From contig CAZEDQ010000001.1 in assembly GCA_964511055.1 (NCBI GenBank), positions 1 to 38,912 of the forward strand: 38,912 bases of DNA, written 5' to 3'. The notes under the pieces were generated by a model, which searched no databases, was not told where the DNA came from, and saw only the letters and a list, made by a program, of their open reading frames with translations. The DNA comes from an uncultured Gammaproteobacteria bacterium. Its GTDB lineage: Bacteria; Patescibacteriota; Microgenomatia; Curtissbacterales; GWA2-41-24. This document shows, piece by piece, positions 1 through 7,873 of this stretch. Both the position numbers and the translations under genes were made by a program. Position 1 is the first letter of the stretch. Each line of letters starts with the position of its first letter.

Positions 1-717
1 CAAATGGAATTGCAGTATTACATCAAACCGGAAGAGCAGGAATCGAAAAAATGGTATGAGTACTGGAAAAACGAACGTTTCAAGTGGTACCAATCACTGG
101 GTATCAAAAAAAGCAAATTAAGGCTCCGCCAGCATGAAGAAGGGGAGCGCGCCCACTATGCCAAAGATGCTTGGGACATTGAATACGATTCACCTTTCGG
201 CTGGAAGGAATTTGAGGGGATCCACCACCGCGGTGATTGGGATCTTAAACAGCACCAGAAATATTCCGGGGTTGACCTTACTTATTTTGATCAGGAAGAG
301 GGAAAACACTATTTGCCCTGGATTATCGAAACCTCCGGCGGGATTGACCGTGCGGCACTGTTTTTCCTGACAGATGCCTACAGTGAAGAAAAAGACCGTG
401 TAGTTTTAAAACTTCACCCAAAACTGGCGCCATATAAAACGGCAGTTTTTCCACTTTTGGCCAATAAGCCCGAGCTGGTTAAAAAAGCAAAGACCGTCTA
501 TCAGGATTTAAAATCAAAACTGGCAGTGCCTATTGCTTGGGATGACCGCGGCAACATCGGCAAGCGCTATTTTGCCCAGGATGAAGCAGGAACACCGTGT
601 TGCATTACCGTAGATTTTGAAACGTTAGAAAACGACACGGTTACAATCCGCGACCGGGATACTTCCAAACAAAAAAGGGTAAAAATTACAGAACTTGAAA
701 AAAGCGTAAAAACCTAG
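1..717 (+). CDS. glyQS: glycine--tRNA ligase (alpha2 type), C-terminal part; 5' end lies outside the window
   Basis: Frame 1 is open from the window edge to TAG 715-717. It has the HHRGDWDL motif and an anticodon-binding-domain-like C-terminus (KTAVFPL...GKRYFAQDEAGTPCCITVD). Confidence 0.9.
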   Translation, partial: QMELQYYIKPEEQESKKWYEYWKNERFKWYQSLGIKKSKLRLRQHEEGERAHYAKDAWDIEYDSPFGWKEFEGIHHRGDWDLKQHQKYSGVDLTYFDQEEGKHYLPWIIETSGGIDRAALFFLTDAYSEEKDRVVLKLHPKLAPYKTAVFPLLANKPELVKKAKTVYQDLKSKLAVPIAWDDRGNIGKRYFAQDEAGTPCCITVDFETLENDTVTIRDRDTSKQKRVKITELEKSVKT

Positions 718-1202
718 GGATTTATATTCAGCACTATTCTTTTTGCGTCACCCGGCAGAACAATGTTTTCACCTTCCTGGGCCTTGCCATAAGTTTCATC
801 ATCTACCTCATAAACTTCAAACTTATCACAAATTTTCACCTGTGAGCCTCCATGAACACTATGCTCTTCACATCTATCAATAACGAGCAAATTTCTTCCC
901 GGTTTCTGAAAGCTTGTTGCGTCAACAGGACAAAAACGATCAGTATTGGTGCAAACAACCGGTTCAACTGATTTGTCTGTAGCTGCCTGCGTCCCCTTAT
1001 TTTCAACTGTCCCGGAAATATGCCTCTCACGTCCGGGAATTAGGTCAAAAGCTGCTCCAACAGGTTCAAATTTAAAGTACACACCGCCTAAATAGACGCC
1101 TAACAAAGCACCCGGGATTGCAACAGTCTTCCAATGTTTTTTTGTAAATTCTAATGCTACATCCTTAAATGGCCTTTTTGGCCCTGTGTTTTGTTCAACC
1201 AT
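714..1202 (-). CDS. hypothetical membrane-anchored protein with a 4-Cys soluble domain
   Basis: Minus-strand ORF. I chose the ATG at 1202 (MVEQNT...) because a TGaTATATT extended -10 ends 7 nt upstream. One TM helix (VAIPGALLGVYLGGVYF). No family recognised. Confidence 0.55.
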   Translation of the reverse strand: MVEQNTGPKRPFKDVALEFTKKHWKTVAIPGALLGVYLGGVYFKFEPVGAAFDLIPGRERHISGTVENKGTQAATDKSVEPVVCTNTDRFCPVDATSFQKPGRNLLVIDRCEEHSVHGGSQVKICDKFEVYEVDDETYGKAQEGENIVLPGDAKRIVLNINP

Positions 1203-1209
1203 GAGGGGG

Positions 1210-1239
1210 AATATATCACAAAAAAACAAAAAAAGTCAA
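1210..1239 (-). promoter_or_regulatory. putative promoter TTGACT-N18-TGaTATATT, with the -10 ending 7 nt before ATG 1202
   Basis: Read on the minus strand: -35 at 1234-1239, -10 at 1210-1215, TG at 1217-1218. Confidence 0.5.
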
Positions 1240-1263
1240 CTATAGGATATGATTTGGTGCGCC

Positions 1264-1292
1264 TTGACTAAAATCCGTTTTGCCATCATACT
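1264..1292 (+). promoter_or_regulatory. putative promoter TTGACT-N17-CATACT upstream of the purF-like gene
   Basis: -35 at 1264-1269 and -10 at 1287-1292. It is divergent from the 714-1202 gene. Confidence 0.4.
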
Positions 1293-1318
1293 GATAGCAG
1301 GCCAAAAGCCAAAATCCG

Positions 1319-2929
1319 GTGGCAGCAACCCAAAACTTTGATTTAGACCAAAAACCACACGATCACTGCGGCCTCGCAGGTGCAGTGGCAAAAGACGGCG
1401 TAAATGCCTCCAATGTGGTGGTTGAAATGGGCAAGGCACTCCAGCACCGTGGCCAAAATGGCGGCGGCGTGGCCGTAAAAGGAGAAGGCAAGCTCTTAAA
1501 AGTTTACAAAAAAGCAAAACCTTTCAATGAGGTTTTCCGGTCCATTAACGTTGTTGAGGACAATTCGCTTCGCGGTGAAATAGCAATCGCCCACCTCAGG
1601 TATCCAACCGAAGGTGCGGGCAGGCAAAATTGTGACGCCCAGCCATTTTACGCCTCCCACAAAGGATGGGAACTGGCGCTTGGCCACAACGGCAGCATTG
1701 TGGATGTAAAAAAACACCGCGATAAGCTCAAAAAATTCCAAATCCAGACAGATTCCGACTCCGACTCCGAAATTTTGGCCTGGCTAATAGTTACAGCCCC
1801 GGGAGCCACCTGGAAACAGAAAATCTCAAATGCTCTTGCGGATGTCAAAGGTGCATATTCTCTTGTGATAGTAACCGGCGACGACAAACTCCTCGCCCTT
1901 CGTGACCCTTGGGGAATAAGACCTCTGGTTTGGACACAGGACAATGGCCATATTTTTGTTGCGTCCGAAACTTGCGCCCTGGACAGGATTAACCTCAGGC
2001 GCCACCAAAAACTGGAACGTGGGCAGCTTTTGATAGCAGACAAGGATGGTGTTTCCATCTCAAGCTACACCAAAGCACAAAAGAAAAGTTTCTGTGTCTT
2101 TGAACGCCTATATTTTTCTCACGAAACTTCTTCTTGGGATGGTGTAATTGGCCAAAACAGGGAAGATCTAGGCAGGCAACTCGCCCGTGAGGAAATTTCA
2201 AGAATAAAAGAGGGGAAAATCAAAAGAAGCGCGATTGGTAAAATTGACTTTGTTGTAGCAGTACCGGACACTGCAAGGCCCGGGGCTTTTGCGTTTTTTG
2301 AAACCCTTAAAAATGAACTGGGCACAGACACCAAATTCGAATATTTTCGCGGTTTGGTTAAAGAACGGTACGATTATGCCAAAAGGACATTCATAGAAGA
2401 CGACCCTTACCTGCGGAAAAAACATATTGAAAAGAAATTTTTCGTCTCCCCCGCTATTATTGGTAAATCGATCTATTTGATAGACGATACTGCAGTCCGC
2501 CTTAATACATTCAGGATCCTGGTTGAACATCTACAAAATATCGGCGTTGGTGAAATTCATTGCCGCTTTTTGGCTCCGAAATTCTTAAATCCATGCTTTT
2601 TGGGGGTGAACATTGGCTCACGAAGCGAACTTGGCGCGGTCAAACAAGCAAAAGACGGTTCGTATTCCCTTAAAACCGAAGAGGAAATCCGAAGTGAGCT
2701 AAAAGTAGCTTCACTACACTATCTGTCGCTGGAGGGTCTGGCATCGTCACTTGGCATGTCAAAAACACAGATGGCAAGCTCCCATTGTACAGGCTGTCTT
2801 GATTACAACAACCCCTTCGATATGCGTCCATACGACAGTGAGTACCAAAAAGTAAAATATCTTAATTTCCCTCACAAAATAAAACAGCATAGAACAGTCA
2901 AAAATGCTACTATGGTACAAGCATTATGA
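1319..2929 (+). CDS. purF: amidophosphoribosyltransferase-like protein (class II Ntn glutamine amidotransferase plus divergent PRTase domain)
   Basis: GTG 1319 is the only in-frame start. The Ntn Cys in HDHCGLAG follows a 16-residue propeptide. GATase motifs RYPTEG and HNGSIVD are present, as are 4Fe-4S-type Cys positions (CVFERLYF, CTGC). The PRPP loop reads DDTAVRLNT rather than DDSIVRGTT. Confidence 0.8.
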   Translation: MAATQNFDLDQKPHDHCGLAGAVAKDGVNASNVVVEMGKALQHRGQNGGGVAVKGEGKLLKVYKKAKPFNEVFRSINVVEDNSLRGEIAIAHLRYPTEGAGRQNCDAQPFYASHKGWELALGHNGSIVDVKKHRDKLKKFQIQTDSDSDSEILAWLIVTAPGATWKQKISNALADVKGAYSLVIVTGDDKLLALRDPWGIRPLVWTQDNGHIFVASETCALDRINLRRHQKLERGQLLIADKDGVSISSYTKAQKKSFCVFERLYFSHETSSWDGVIGQNREDLGRQLAREEISRIKEGKIKRSAIGKIDFVVAVPDTARPGAFAFFETLKNELGTDTKFEYFRGLVKERYDYAKRTFIEDDPYLRKKHIEKKFFVSPAIIGKSIYLIDDTAVRLNTFRILVEHLQNIGVGEIHCRFLAPKFLNPCFLGVNIGSRSELGAVKQAKDGSYSLKTEEEIRSELKVASLHYLSLEGLASSLGMSKTQMASSHCTGCLDYNNPFDMRPYDSEYQKVKYLNFPHKIKQHRTVKNATMVQAL

Positions 2930-3018
2930 AACTGCAAAAAGAAGTCCTGGCGCTTGTCGCCGCTTTAGTCGCAACATTCATACTGGTTGCATTTATAATC
3001 TTCCAAATTACCCTTTAG
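2926..3018 (+). CDS. possible 30-aa single-TM peptide (MKLQKEVLALVAALVATFILVAFIIFQITL)
   Basis: ATGA start/stop overlap with the purF-like gene and a hydrophobic helix. It is too short to validate. Confidence 0.3.
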   Translation: MKLQKEVLALVAALVATFILVAFIIFQITL

Positions 3019-3050
3019 TTATTTTTTTTCAATGCCTACCGGCTAACGCA

Positions 3051-3096
3051 AAGGTCAGGCCTTAGCCTGGCAATTTCCCAACAAAGGCCTGACCTT
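3051..3096 (+). terminator. perfect 13-bp inverted repeat (AAGGTCAGGCCTT / AAGGCCTGACCTT) with a 20-nt loop; possible terminator or structured RNA
   Basis: Arms at 3051-3063 and 3084-3096 are exact reverse complements. No U-tract follows. Confidence 0.3.
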
Positions 3097-3101
3097 AACC
3101 T

Positions 3102-3127
3102 AAGACCCAGCTCCCTCTTTGGGTCTT
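3102..3127 (+). terminator. 8-bp inverted repeat (AAGACCCA / TGGGTCTT) with a 10-nt loop, abutting the mraZ -35 box
   Basis: Arms at 3102-3109 and 3120-3127. The right arm overlaps TTGACA at 3126-3131. Confidence 0.25.
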
Positions 3128-3154
3128 GACAACCATCTTTATTTGGTGAAAAAT
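3126..3154 (+). promoter_or_regulatory. candidate dcw (Pmra-like) promoter: TTGACA-N17-AAAAAT
   Basis: Consensus -35 at 3126-3131 and a weak -10 at 3149-3154. The first TGGTGA repeat overlaps the spacer and -10. Confidence 0.35.
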
Positions 3155-3194
3155 GGTAATAGATGGTGATAAATGGTGAATATCAAAATCACCA
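3144..3194 (+). promoter_or_regulatory. putative MraZ operator array: four direct TGGT(G/A)A repeats at exact 10-bp spacing plus one inverted TCACCA copy
   Basis: TGGTGA at 3144, TGGTAA at 3154, TGGTGA at 3164 and TGGTGA at 3174. The inverted copy TCACCA is at 3189-3194. The array lies 67-117 nt upstream of the mraZ ATG. Confidence 0.6.
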
Positions 3195-3260
3195 CCTATA
3201 ACTCCTAAGCCAAGCTGCCCGGAGTTAATTGTCCCCAAAAGGGAGAGGTTGTAAGGGTAA

Positions 3261-3665
3261 ATGTTTCTGGGCAGCTATATACCTTCATTCGATAAGCAAC
3301 TAAGAAGGATTGCTTTACCAAAAAAAATACGTGACTATCTTGCGACAAGGGAAGTTATTCTGTCTTTCGGCTTCGAAAAATGCCTATTTGGCTTTGATAC
3401 AAAGTCATGGGAAGAAGAATCGAAAAAGCAGTTGGCTTTGCCACTTACCGAAAGACATCCACGCGATATACGCCGTTTCGTTTTCGCCAATGCAACCATT
3501 ATCCAGCTCGATGATCAAGGCAGGTTTGTTATTCCTGGTAATTATCTGGAATACGCGCAAATTGCAAAGCCAGTAGTTATAGGCGCCGGTGATCATTTTG
3601 AAATTTGGGACGAAGTTAACTGGAAAAAGGAACTAAAAAGGCTCGAGAGGGGGAACAAAAGGTGA
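3261..3665 (+). CDS. mraZ: transcriptional regulator MraZ
   Basis: 134 aa with two SpoVT/AbrB-like halves (FDKQLRRIALPKKIR and LDDQGRFVIPGNY). GGAGAGG SD upstream. First gene of the dcw cluster. Confidence 0.93.
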   Translation: MFLGSYIPSFDKQLRRIALPKKIRDYLATREVILSFGFEKCLFGFDTKSWEEESKKQLALPLTERHPRDIRRFVFANATIIQLDDQGRFVIPGNYLEYAQIAKPVVIGAGDHFEIWDEVNWKKELKRLERGNKR

Positions 3666-4525
3666 AAAAGTTTCACCAAAGCGTACTTTTAGACGAGGTT
3701 ATTGATTGGCTGGATGTTAAAAGCGGCAGTTTATATATCGACGCAACGGTAGGCGGTGGGGGACACACACAAGAGATCCTGGCACGAGGCGGGAGGGTTC
3801 TGGCTTTAGACCGCGATCCCCAGGCGGTTGAATATTTAAAAAAAAGGAAACTCGGGAATTTAATTTTAGTAAACGGAAATTTTGCGCACATTAACAGCAT
3901 AGCGGTAAAGTTTGGGTTCCAAAAGGTATCCGGAATAATTTTCGACCTTGGGGTTTCGTCACATCAGCTGGAAATACCCCAAAGGGGTTTCAGCTTTCAA
4001 AATGAAGGGCCACTGGACATGCGTATGGAACCGGATTTAAACATCAGGGCATTTGATCTTATTAATTTTTTTGATAAAAGGAGGCTTTATGAAGTTATTA
4101 AAGGTTTTGGTGAGGAAAAGCTTAGTCGGCCAATTGTTGACGCTATTTATAGCGCCCGTCGAATAAAAAAGATAGAAACGACTACAGAGCTTGCCGAAAT
4201 TGTTAGTGAGGTGTATCGAAAGTACCGTGTAAAGTCAAAAGTGCATCCGGCAACAAAGACTTTTCAGGCACTGCGAATAGTAGTAAATAGTGAACTACTC
4301 AATTTAGAAGAAGCTTTACCGCAGACTGTCGAATTACTAAAGAAAGGAGGCCGGTTGGCAATAATAAGTTTTCATTCGCTTGAAGATGGAATAGTCAAAC
4401 GATTCTTCAAGCAAGCTGCCCGCTTGAAAACTTTAACAAAAACCCCAATCGGCCCGGGGGCCGGGGAAATTCAAAAAAACCCACGGTCCCGCAGCGCTAA
4501 GCTCCGCGTAGCGGAGAAAATCTAA
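3662..4525 (+). CDS. rsmH: 16S rRNA (cytosine1402-N4)-methyltransferase RsmH/MraW
   Basis: GTG start overlapping the mraZ stop. Motifs HQSVLLDEV, YIDATVGGGGHT and DLGVSSHQL. Confidence 0.93.
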   Translation: MKKFHQSVLLDEVIDWLDVKSGSLYIDATVGGGGHTQEILARGGRVLALDRDPQAVEYLKKRKLGNLILVNGNFAHINSIAVKFGFQKVSGIIFDLGVSSHQLEIPQRGFSFQNEGPLDMRMEPDLNIRAFDLINFFDKRRLYEVIKGFGEEKLSRPIVDAIYSARRIKKIETTTELAEIVSEVYRKYRVKSKVHPATKTFQALRIVVNSELLNLEEALPQTVELLKKGGRLAIISFHSLEDGIVKRFFKQAARLKTLTKTPIGPGAGEIQKNPRSRSAKLRVAEKI

Positions 4526-4628
4526 ATATAATTTCAGATAGGCTTTGCCGCTGAAATTAAACAACTAAAGGGAAAGAGGAATACCAAGGAGAAAACCGAA
4601 TTAGGTTGTCTCCTTGGAGAAAGTCTAT

Positions 4629-4943
4629 ATGCTGCCCGTATCTGATTTTAGAGTCGTAAAAAAAGAACAAAATTATAACTTCATAGGTAGGATAAGAGTC
4701 CGCGTTCTGGTTGTTCTCACAGTCCTGGTCGTCGGGTTATTTTTCACACAGCTTGTATTTGCCAATAGCCTTGCTACAGACGGCCAAAAACTGTCCAAAA
4801 TCCAAAGCGAAATTTTAAGCCTACAAGCGCAGAATATGACTTTAAAAGTACAAATTGCCGAAGCGTCTTCCTTCCAAACACTTTCCAAAAAAGCAACTGA
4901 GCTTGGTTTTGTAAAGCCGGAAAAGCTCATCGTTCTAAAATAA
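4629..4943 (+). CDS. ftsL: FtsL/DivIC-like cell division protein
   Basis: Sits in the dcw position after rsmH. It has a single TM helix, a coiled-coil stretch and a C-terminal ELGFVKP motif. ATG 4629 has a GGAGA SD 8 nt upstream; the ORF track's TTG 4614 is an alternative start. Confidence 0.6.
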   Translation: MLPVSDFRVVKKEQNYNFIGRIRVRVLVVLTVLVVGLFFTQLVFANSLATDGQKLSKIQSEILSLQAQNMTLKVQIAEASSFQTLSKKATELGFVKPEKLIVLK

Positions 4944-4990
4944 TCCCGAAGACGCTTATAAAGTTGTATTTTTGCTAAACTATTATACGA

Positions 4991-6736
4991 GTGGACAGGG
5001 TCAAGGTTTTTCAAATAACTATCTACATAGTTGCCGCAATCATTATTGCCAGGCTCTTTTATTGGCAATTTATGGCAAATGTTACAAGTAGTAGCAATGC
5101 TTTTGCAAAGGAAAGTAAAATTCCGGCTTCCCGCGGCGAAATTTATGCATCCGACGGCTTTCCGCTCGTTACAAACCAGGAGGCATTTTTACTTTATGGC
5201 CAGCCTAATGACCTAAACAGTGACTCCAAAACCGTAGCCCAAAAACTAGCTCCTTTTTTAATTTCGGAAAAATATTCAACATCCTCGGCAAATCTCGGTG
5301 AAGAAGAACAAAAACAAAAAGATGAGGAAATCAAAAATAAAGAAGAATCCCTTACCCAAAAGCTTTCGGACAAGAAACTCTTTTGGGTACAGCTTGCCAG
5401 GAAAATACCTGTGGGTACAAGGGCAAAAATAGATGACCTTTCTATTAAAGGCCTCGATTTTGAGCGGGATACCAAAAGGTTTTACCCGGAAGCCTCAATG
5501 GCGGCACAGCTATTAGGCTTTGTTGGTTCCGATAAGTTTGGTGATGACACAGGCTATTTTGGCTTGGAAGGGTATTACGATAGTAAGCTCAGAGGCCAGG
5601 ATGGAAGGCTGGGGGAGGAGAAAGATCCCCTCGGTTTCCCAATTTTAGTTGGCAAGTACCGTTCCATTGCGCCCAAAGAAGGTAATTCTCTTTATCTGAC
5701 TATCGACCGGACGATCCAATACATTGTAGAAAAAAGATTAAGCGAGGATGTCAAAAAATACGGTGCAAAAGACGGCAGTGTTATCATTTCAGACCCCAAA
5801 ACCGGCAATATACTGGCAATGGCTACTTATCCAAACTACAATCCGGCCTTGTTTTCGGAGTTTACGGAATCCGACTTCAAAAACCCCGCTGTTTCCGATG
5901 CCTACGAGCCTGGAAGCACGTTTAAAGTAGTTACAATGTCCGCGGCACTCGATTTATCACTGGTTGACCCCAACACCCGTTGTGATGTCTGCAACGGCCC
6001 CAGACAAATTGGCGATTATCAAATCGAAACCTGGAATAATAAATATCACCCAAACTCAACAATGACTGAGGTCATCCAACACTCGGACAATATCGGCATG
6101 ACGTTTGTTGCCGACAAACTCGGCCTGGACAGGTTTTACGATTACATTAATAAATTCGGGTTTGGCAGCAAAACGGGAATAGACCTGCAAGGGGAAATAC
6201 CGGGTCTGGTCAGGACAAAAGACCAATGGAGGCCAATCGACCTTGCTACGGCTTCGTTTGGCCAGGGAATTGCGGTTACACCGATTCAGATGGTGCAGGC
6301 TGTTCAGGCAATAGCGGGTGGCGGAAAACTAATAAGCCCCAAAATTGTTGACAAGATAGTTGAAAACGGAAAAGAGATAAAGGTTCAGCCTCAATCCCAA
6401 AAGCAAGTCATTACCCAAAAAACCGCGGCTCTTATGACCGAAATGATGGTAAATGCGGTGGCGAAAGGGGAAGCACAGGCTTTCGCGCCAAAAGGGTACA
6501 GTATTGCAGGCAAAACCGGTACAGCCCAAATACCGGTTGCCGGCCATTATGACCCCACTAAAACAATCGCAAGCTTTGTCGGTTTTGCTCCTGCCGACAA
6601 TCCCAGGTTTGTCATGCTGGTTAGATTTACTGAACCGACATCATCAGTCTTTGGTTCCGAAACTGCGGCACCGACATTTTTCGCAATCGCCAAAGACATA
6701 TTCAATTACCTCGCGGTCTCGCCAAATGCAAACTAA
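4991..6736 (+). CDS. ftsI: class B penicillin-binding protein (division transpeptidase)
   Basis: N-terminal TM anchor and transpeptidase motifs STFK (SxxK), SDN and KTGT. Correct dcw position. Confidence 0.9.
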   Translation: MDRVKVFQITIYIVAAIIIARLFYWQFMANVTSSSNAFAKESKIPASRGEIYASDGFPLVTNQEAFLLYGQPNDLNSDSKTVAQKLAPFLISEKYSTSSANLGEEEQKQKDEEIKNKEESLTQKLSDKKLFWVQLARKIPVGTRAKIDDLSIKGLDFERDTKRFYPEASMAAQLLGFVGSDKFGDDTGYFGLEGYYDSKLRGQDGRLGEEKDPLGFPILVGKYRSIAPKEGNSLYLTIDRTIQYIVEKRLSEDVKKYGAKDGSVIISDPKTGNILAMATYPNYNPALFSEFTESDFKNPAVSDAYEPGSTFKVVTMSAALDLSLVDPNTRCDVCNGPRQIGDYQIETWNNKYHPNSTMTEVIQHSDNIGMTFVADKLGLDRFYDYINKFGFGSKTGIDLQGEIPGLVRTKDQWRPIDLATASFGQGIAVTPIQMVQAVQAIAGGGKLISPKIVDKIVENGKEIKVQPQSQKQVITQKTAALMTEMMVNAVAKGEAQAFAPKGYSIAGKTGTAQIPVAGHYDPTKTIASFVGFAPADNPRFVMLVRFTEPTSSVFGSETAAPTFFAIAKDIFNYLAVSPNAN

Positions 6737-6738
6737 AG

Positions 6739-6747
6739 TGTTAATAT
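6739..6747 (+). promoter_or_regulatory. extended -10 (TGtTAATAT) ending 6 nt before ATG 6754
   Basis: TG at 6739-6740 and TAATAT at 6742-6747, immediately after the ftsI stop codon (6734-6736). No good -35. Confidence 0.35.
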
Positions 6748-6753
6748 AGGCTT

Positions 6754-7023
6754 ATGGACTCATTCGTCCGCGACTTTCTTCTTAATTTCGACAAAAGCCA
6801 GCCAATCACAGGATCAATAATTTTAATAGTACTTATCGTTTGGTCATTCATATGGAAAGGCTTAGCGCTTTGGCATGCTTCCAGAAACGAAGAAAAATAC
6901 TGGTTTGTTGCTGTTTTAATTCTAAATACTGTCGGTATTTTGGAAATTCTTTACCTGTTTATTTTTTCCAAACAAAAGTGGACCATAAATAAAGTGAAAA
7001 AATTTGTAGCAAGTTACATTTAA
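6754..7023 (+). CDS. small two-TM membrane protein (resembles DUF5652-type proteins, from memory and unverified)
   Basis: 89 aa with two hydrophobic helices flanking WKGLALWHASRNEEKYW. Confidence 0.6.
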   Translation: MDSFVRDFLLNFDKSQPITGSIILIVLIVWSFIWKGLALWHASRNEEKYWFVAVLILNTVGILEILYLFIFSKQKWTINKVKKFVASYI

Positions 7024-7026
7024 GCC

Positions 7027-7061
7027 ATATTTGGCGCTTGTTGTTATTGTCTGCCAAATAT
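7027..7061. terminator. 9-bp inverted repeat (ATATTTGGC / GCCAAATAT) with a 17-nt loop, between convergent genes
   Basis: Arms at 7027-7035 and 7053-7061. AT-rich stem with no clear U-tract. Confidence 0.25.
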
Positions 7062-7166
7062 TCGCTGTCTTCGTTTATACCTTTACAGAGCCCCATTTTG
7101 ATACTTTTTGACCTACTTGCGCGAATGATTTTATGCACTTCCCAGAGAGTTAGTCACCTCTCGAAT

Positions 7167-7772
7167 TTAGCCCTTTTTTGCTAAGGCTTGAGCTTTAATC
7201 CTATCAATTCTTTGGGCCCTTAATCTCAATTGGGATGCGATAAGCTCATCGCGGTCAGTTTCACTAACTTCTCGTGTAACAGGCCGAAAAAAATTCCGTT
7301 TTGCATCTTCGGCTGCAGCTTGGAGCTCTTGGGATATCAGACCGACTGCTTGGATTGCTGAATCTTCTTCGGTGTTCTTTGCCAAATCGTCTATCATAGT
7401 TTCAAAAATTTCAGCTTCCTGCACTTTTTCTCTCCAGTAAATCTCCGCCAACCCATTTCTATCAGGATGATCTTTTGGTAAATTACCAATAGCAGTTCTA
7501 TCTTCCGCGGCCAACCTGCAAATTAGATAAATTTCCAATAATCGAGATTCGTTTTGGCCTAGCTGGCAAATAGCCAGTTTTATCTCTTTATCTTGGTAAA
7601 TTGAAGCTACAAAAGTACCGTATTTCCTGCGGTCCCAAAGGCTCTTGGCAGTAGCCGATAATCCTCTATGGGTTTCGGGAAGTTCAAATGAATCGGAGTT
7701 ATCAGGCAGTTTACGTTCACCTAAACCTTTAACACCCCTCTCTCTCAAAAAAGGCAATAGTTCTTTAAACAT
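7167..7772 (-). CDS. hypothetical soluble protein on the reverse strand inside the dcw cluster
   Basis: 201-aa ORF, predicted helical, with an acidic/basic C-terminal coil. Its own extended -10 lies 7 nt upstream of the ATG. No family recognised. Confidence 0.7.
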   Translation of the reverse strand: MFKELLPFLRERGVKGLGERKLPDNSDSFELPETHRGLSATAKSLWDRRKYGTFVASIYQDKEIKLAICQLGQNESRLLEIYLICRLAAEDRTAIGNLPKDHPDRNGLAEIYWREKVQEAEIFETMIDDLAKNTEEDSAIQAVGLISQELQAAAEDAKRNFFRPVTREVSETDRDELIASQLRLRAQRIDRIKAQALAKKG

Positions 7773-7779
7773 GTAGAGT

Positions 7780-7807
7780 ATTTTACCACTTCCAGCTTCA
7801 AAATCAA
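7780..7807 (-). promoter_or_regulatory. putative promoter TTGATT-N16-TGgTAAAAT, with the -10 ending 7 nt before ATG 7772
   Basis: Read on the minus strand: -10 at 7780-7785, TG at 7787-7788, -35 at 7802-7807. Confidence 0.5.
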
Positions 7808-7860
7808 GCCTATAGAGTTTGATTTTTGTGTTTCAAAATGGTAGTATTAACTCTCCTTAG

Positions 7861-7866
7861 TATAAT
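7861..7866 (+). promoter_or_regulatory. consensus TATAAT -10 box ending 7 nt before the murE ATG
   Basis: TATAAT at 7861-7866 and ATG at 7874. No SD and a poor -35. Confidence 0.45.
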
Positions 7867-7873
7867 TAAATAG

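Noticed and set aside
714-717. Palindromic CTAG providing overlapping stop codons for the convergent glyQS and the 714-1202 gene.
   Set aside because: The overlap is real but trivial. It only implies there is no room for an intergenic terminator, and no further functional signal is visible.
1751-1770. Short tandem hexamer (TCCGAC repeated) that might look like a microsatellite or repeat array.
   Set aside because: It is only about three units, lies in frame within the purF-like gene (encoding DSDSDSE), and has no spacer-repeat structure. It is not a CRISPR array or a regulatory repeat.
3019-3260. tRNA or small RNA genes in this and the other longer intergenic spacers (7024-7166, 13342-13424, 24514-24674, 29981-30065).
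   Set aside because: I found no cloverleaf-compatible arms and no GTTCGAATC-type T-loop box by eye. Only the hairpins already reported are present. A covariance-model scan would be needed to be certain.
3663-3665. Alternative genetic code (UGA read as Gly, as in Gracilibacteria/Absconditabacteria).
   Set aside because: TGA terminates conserved genes (mraZ, the purF-like gene, ftsW, the KAS III gene) at their expected lengths, consistent with the standard bacterial code.
7461-7469. HPD tripeptide within DHPDRNG in the 201-aa reverse ORF, reminiscent of the DnaJ J-domain signature (YHPDRN).
   Set aside because: The preceding segment does not show the J-domain helix II pattern without a 10-residue insertion, and HPD alone is too short. 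It is kept only as a hint for a profile search.
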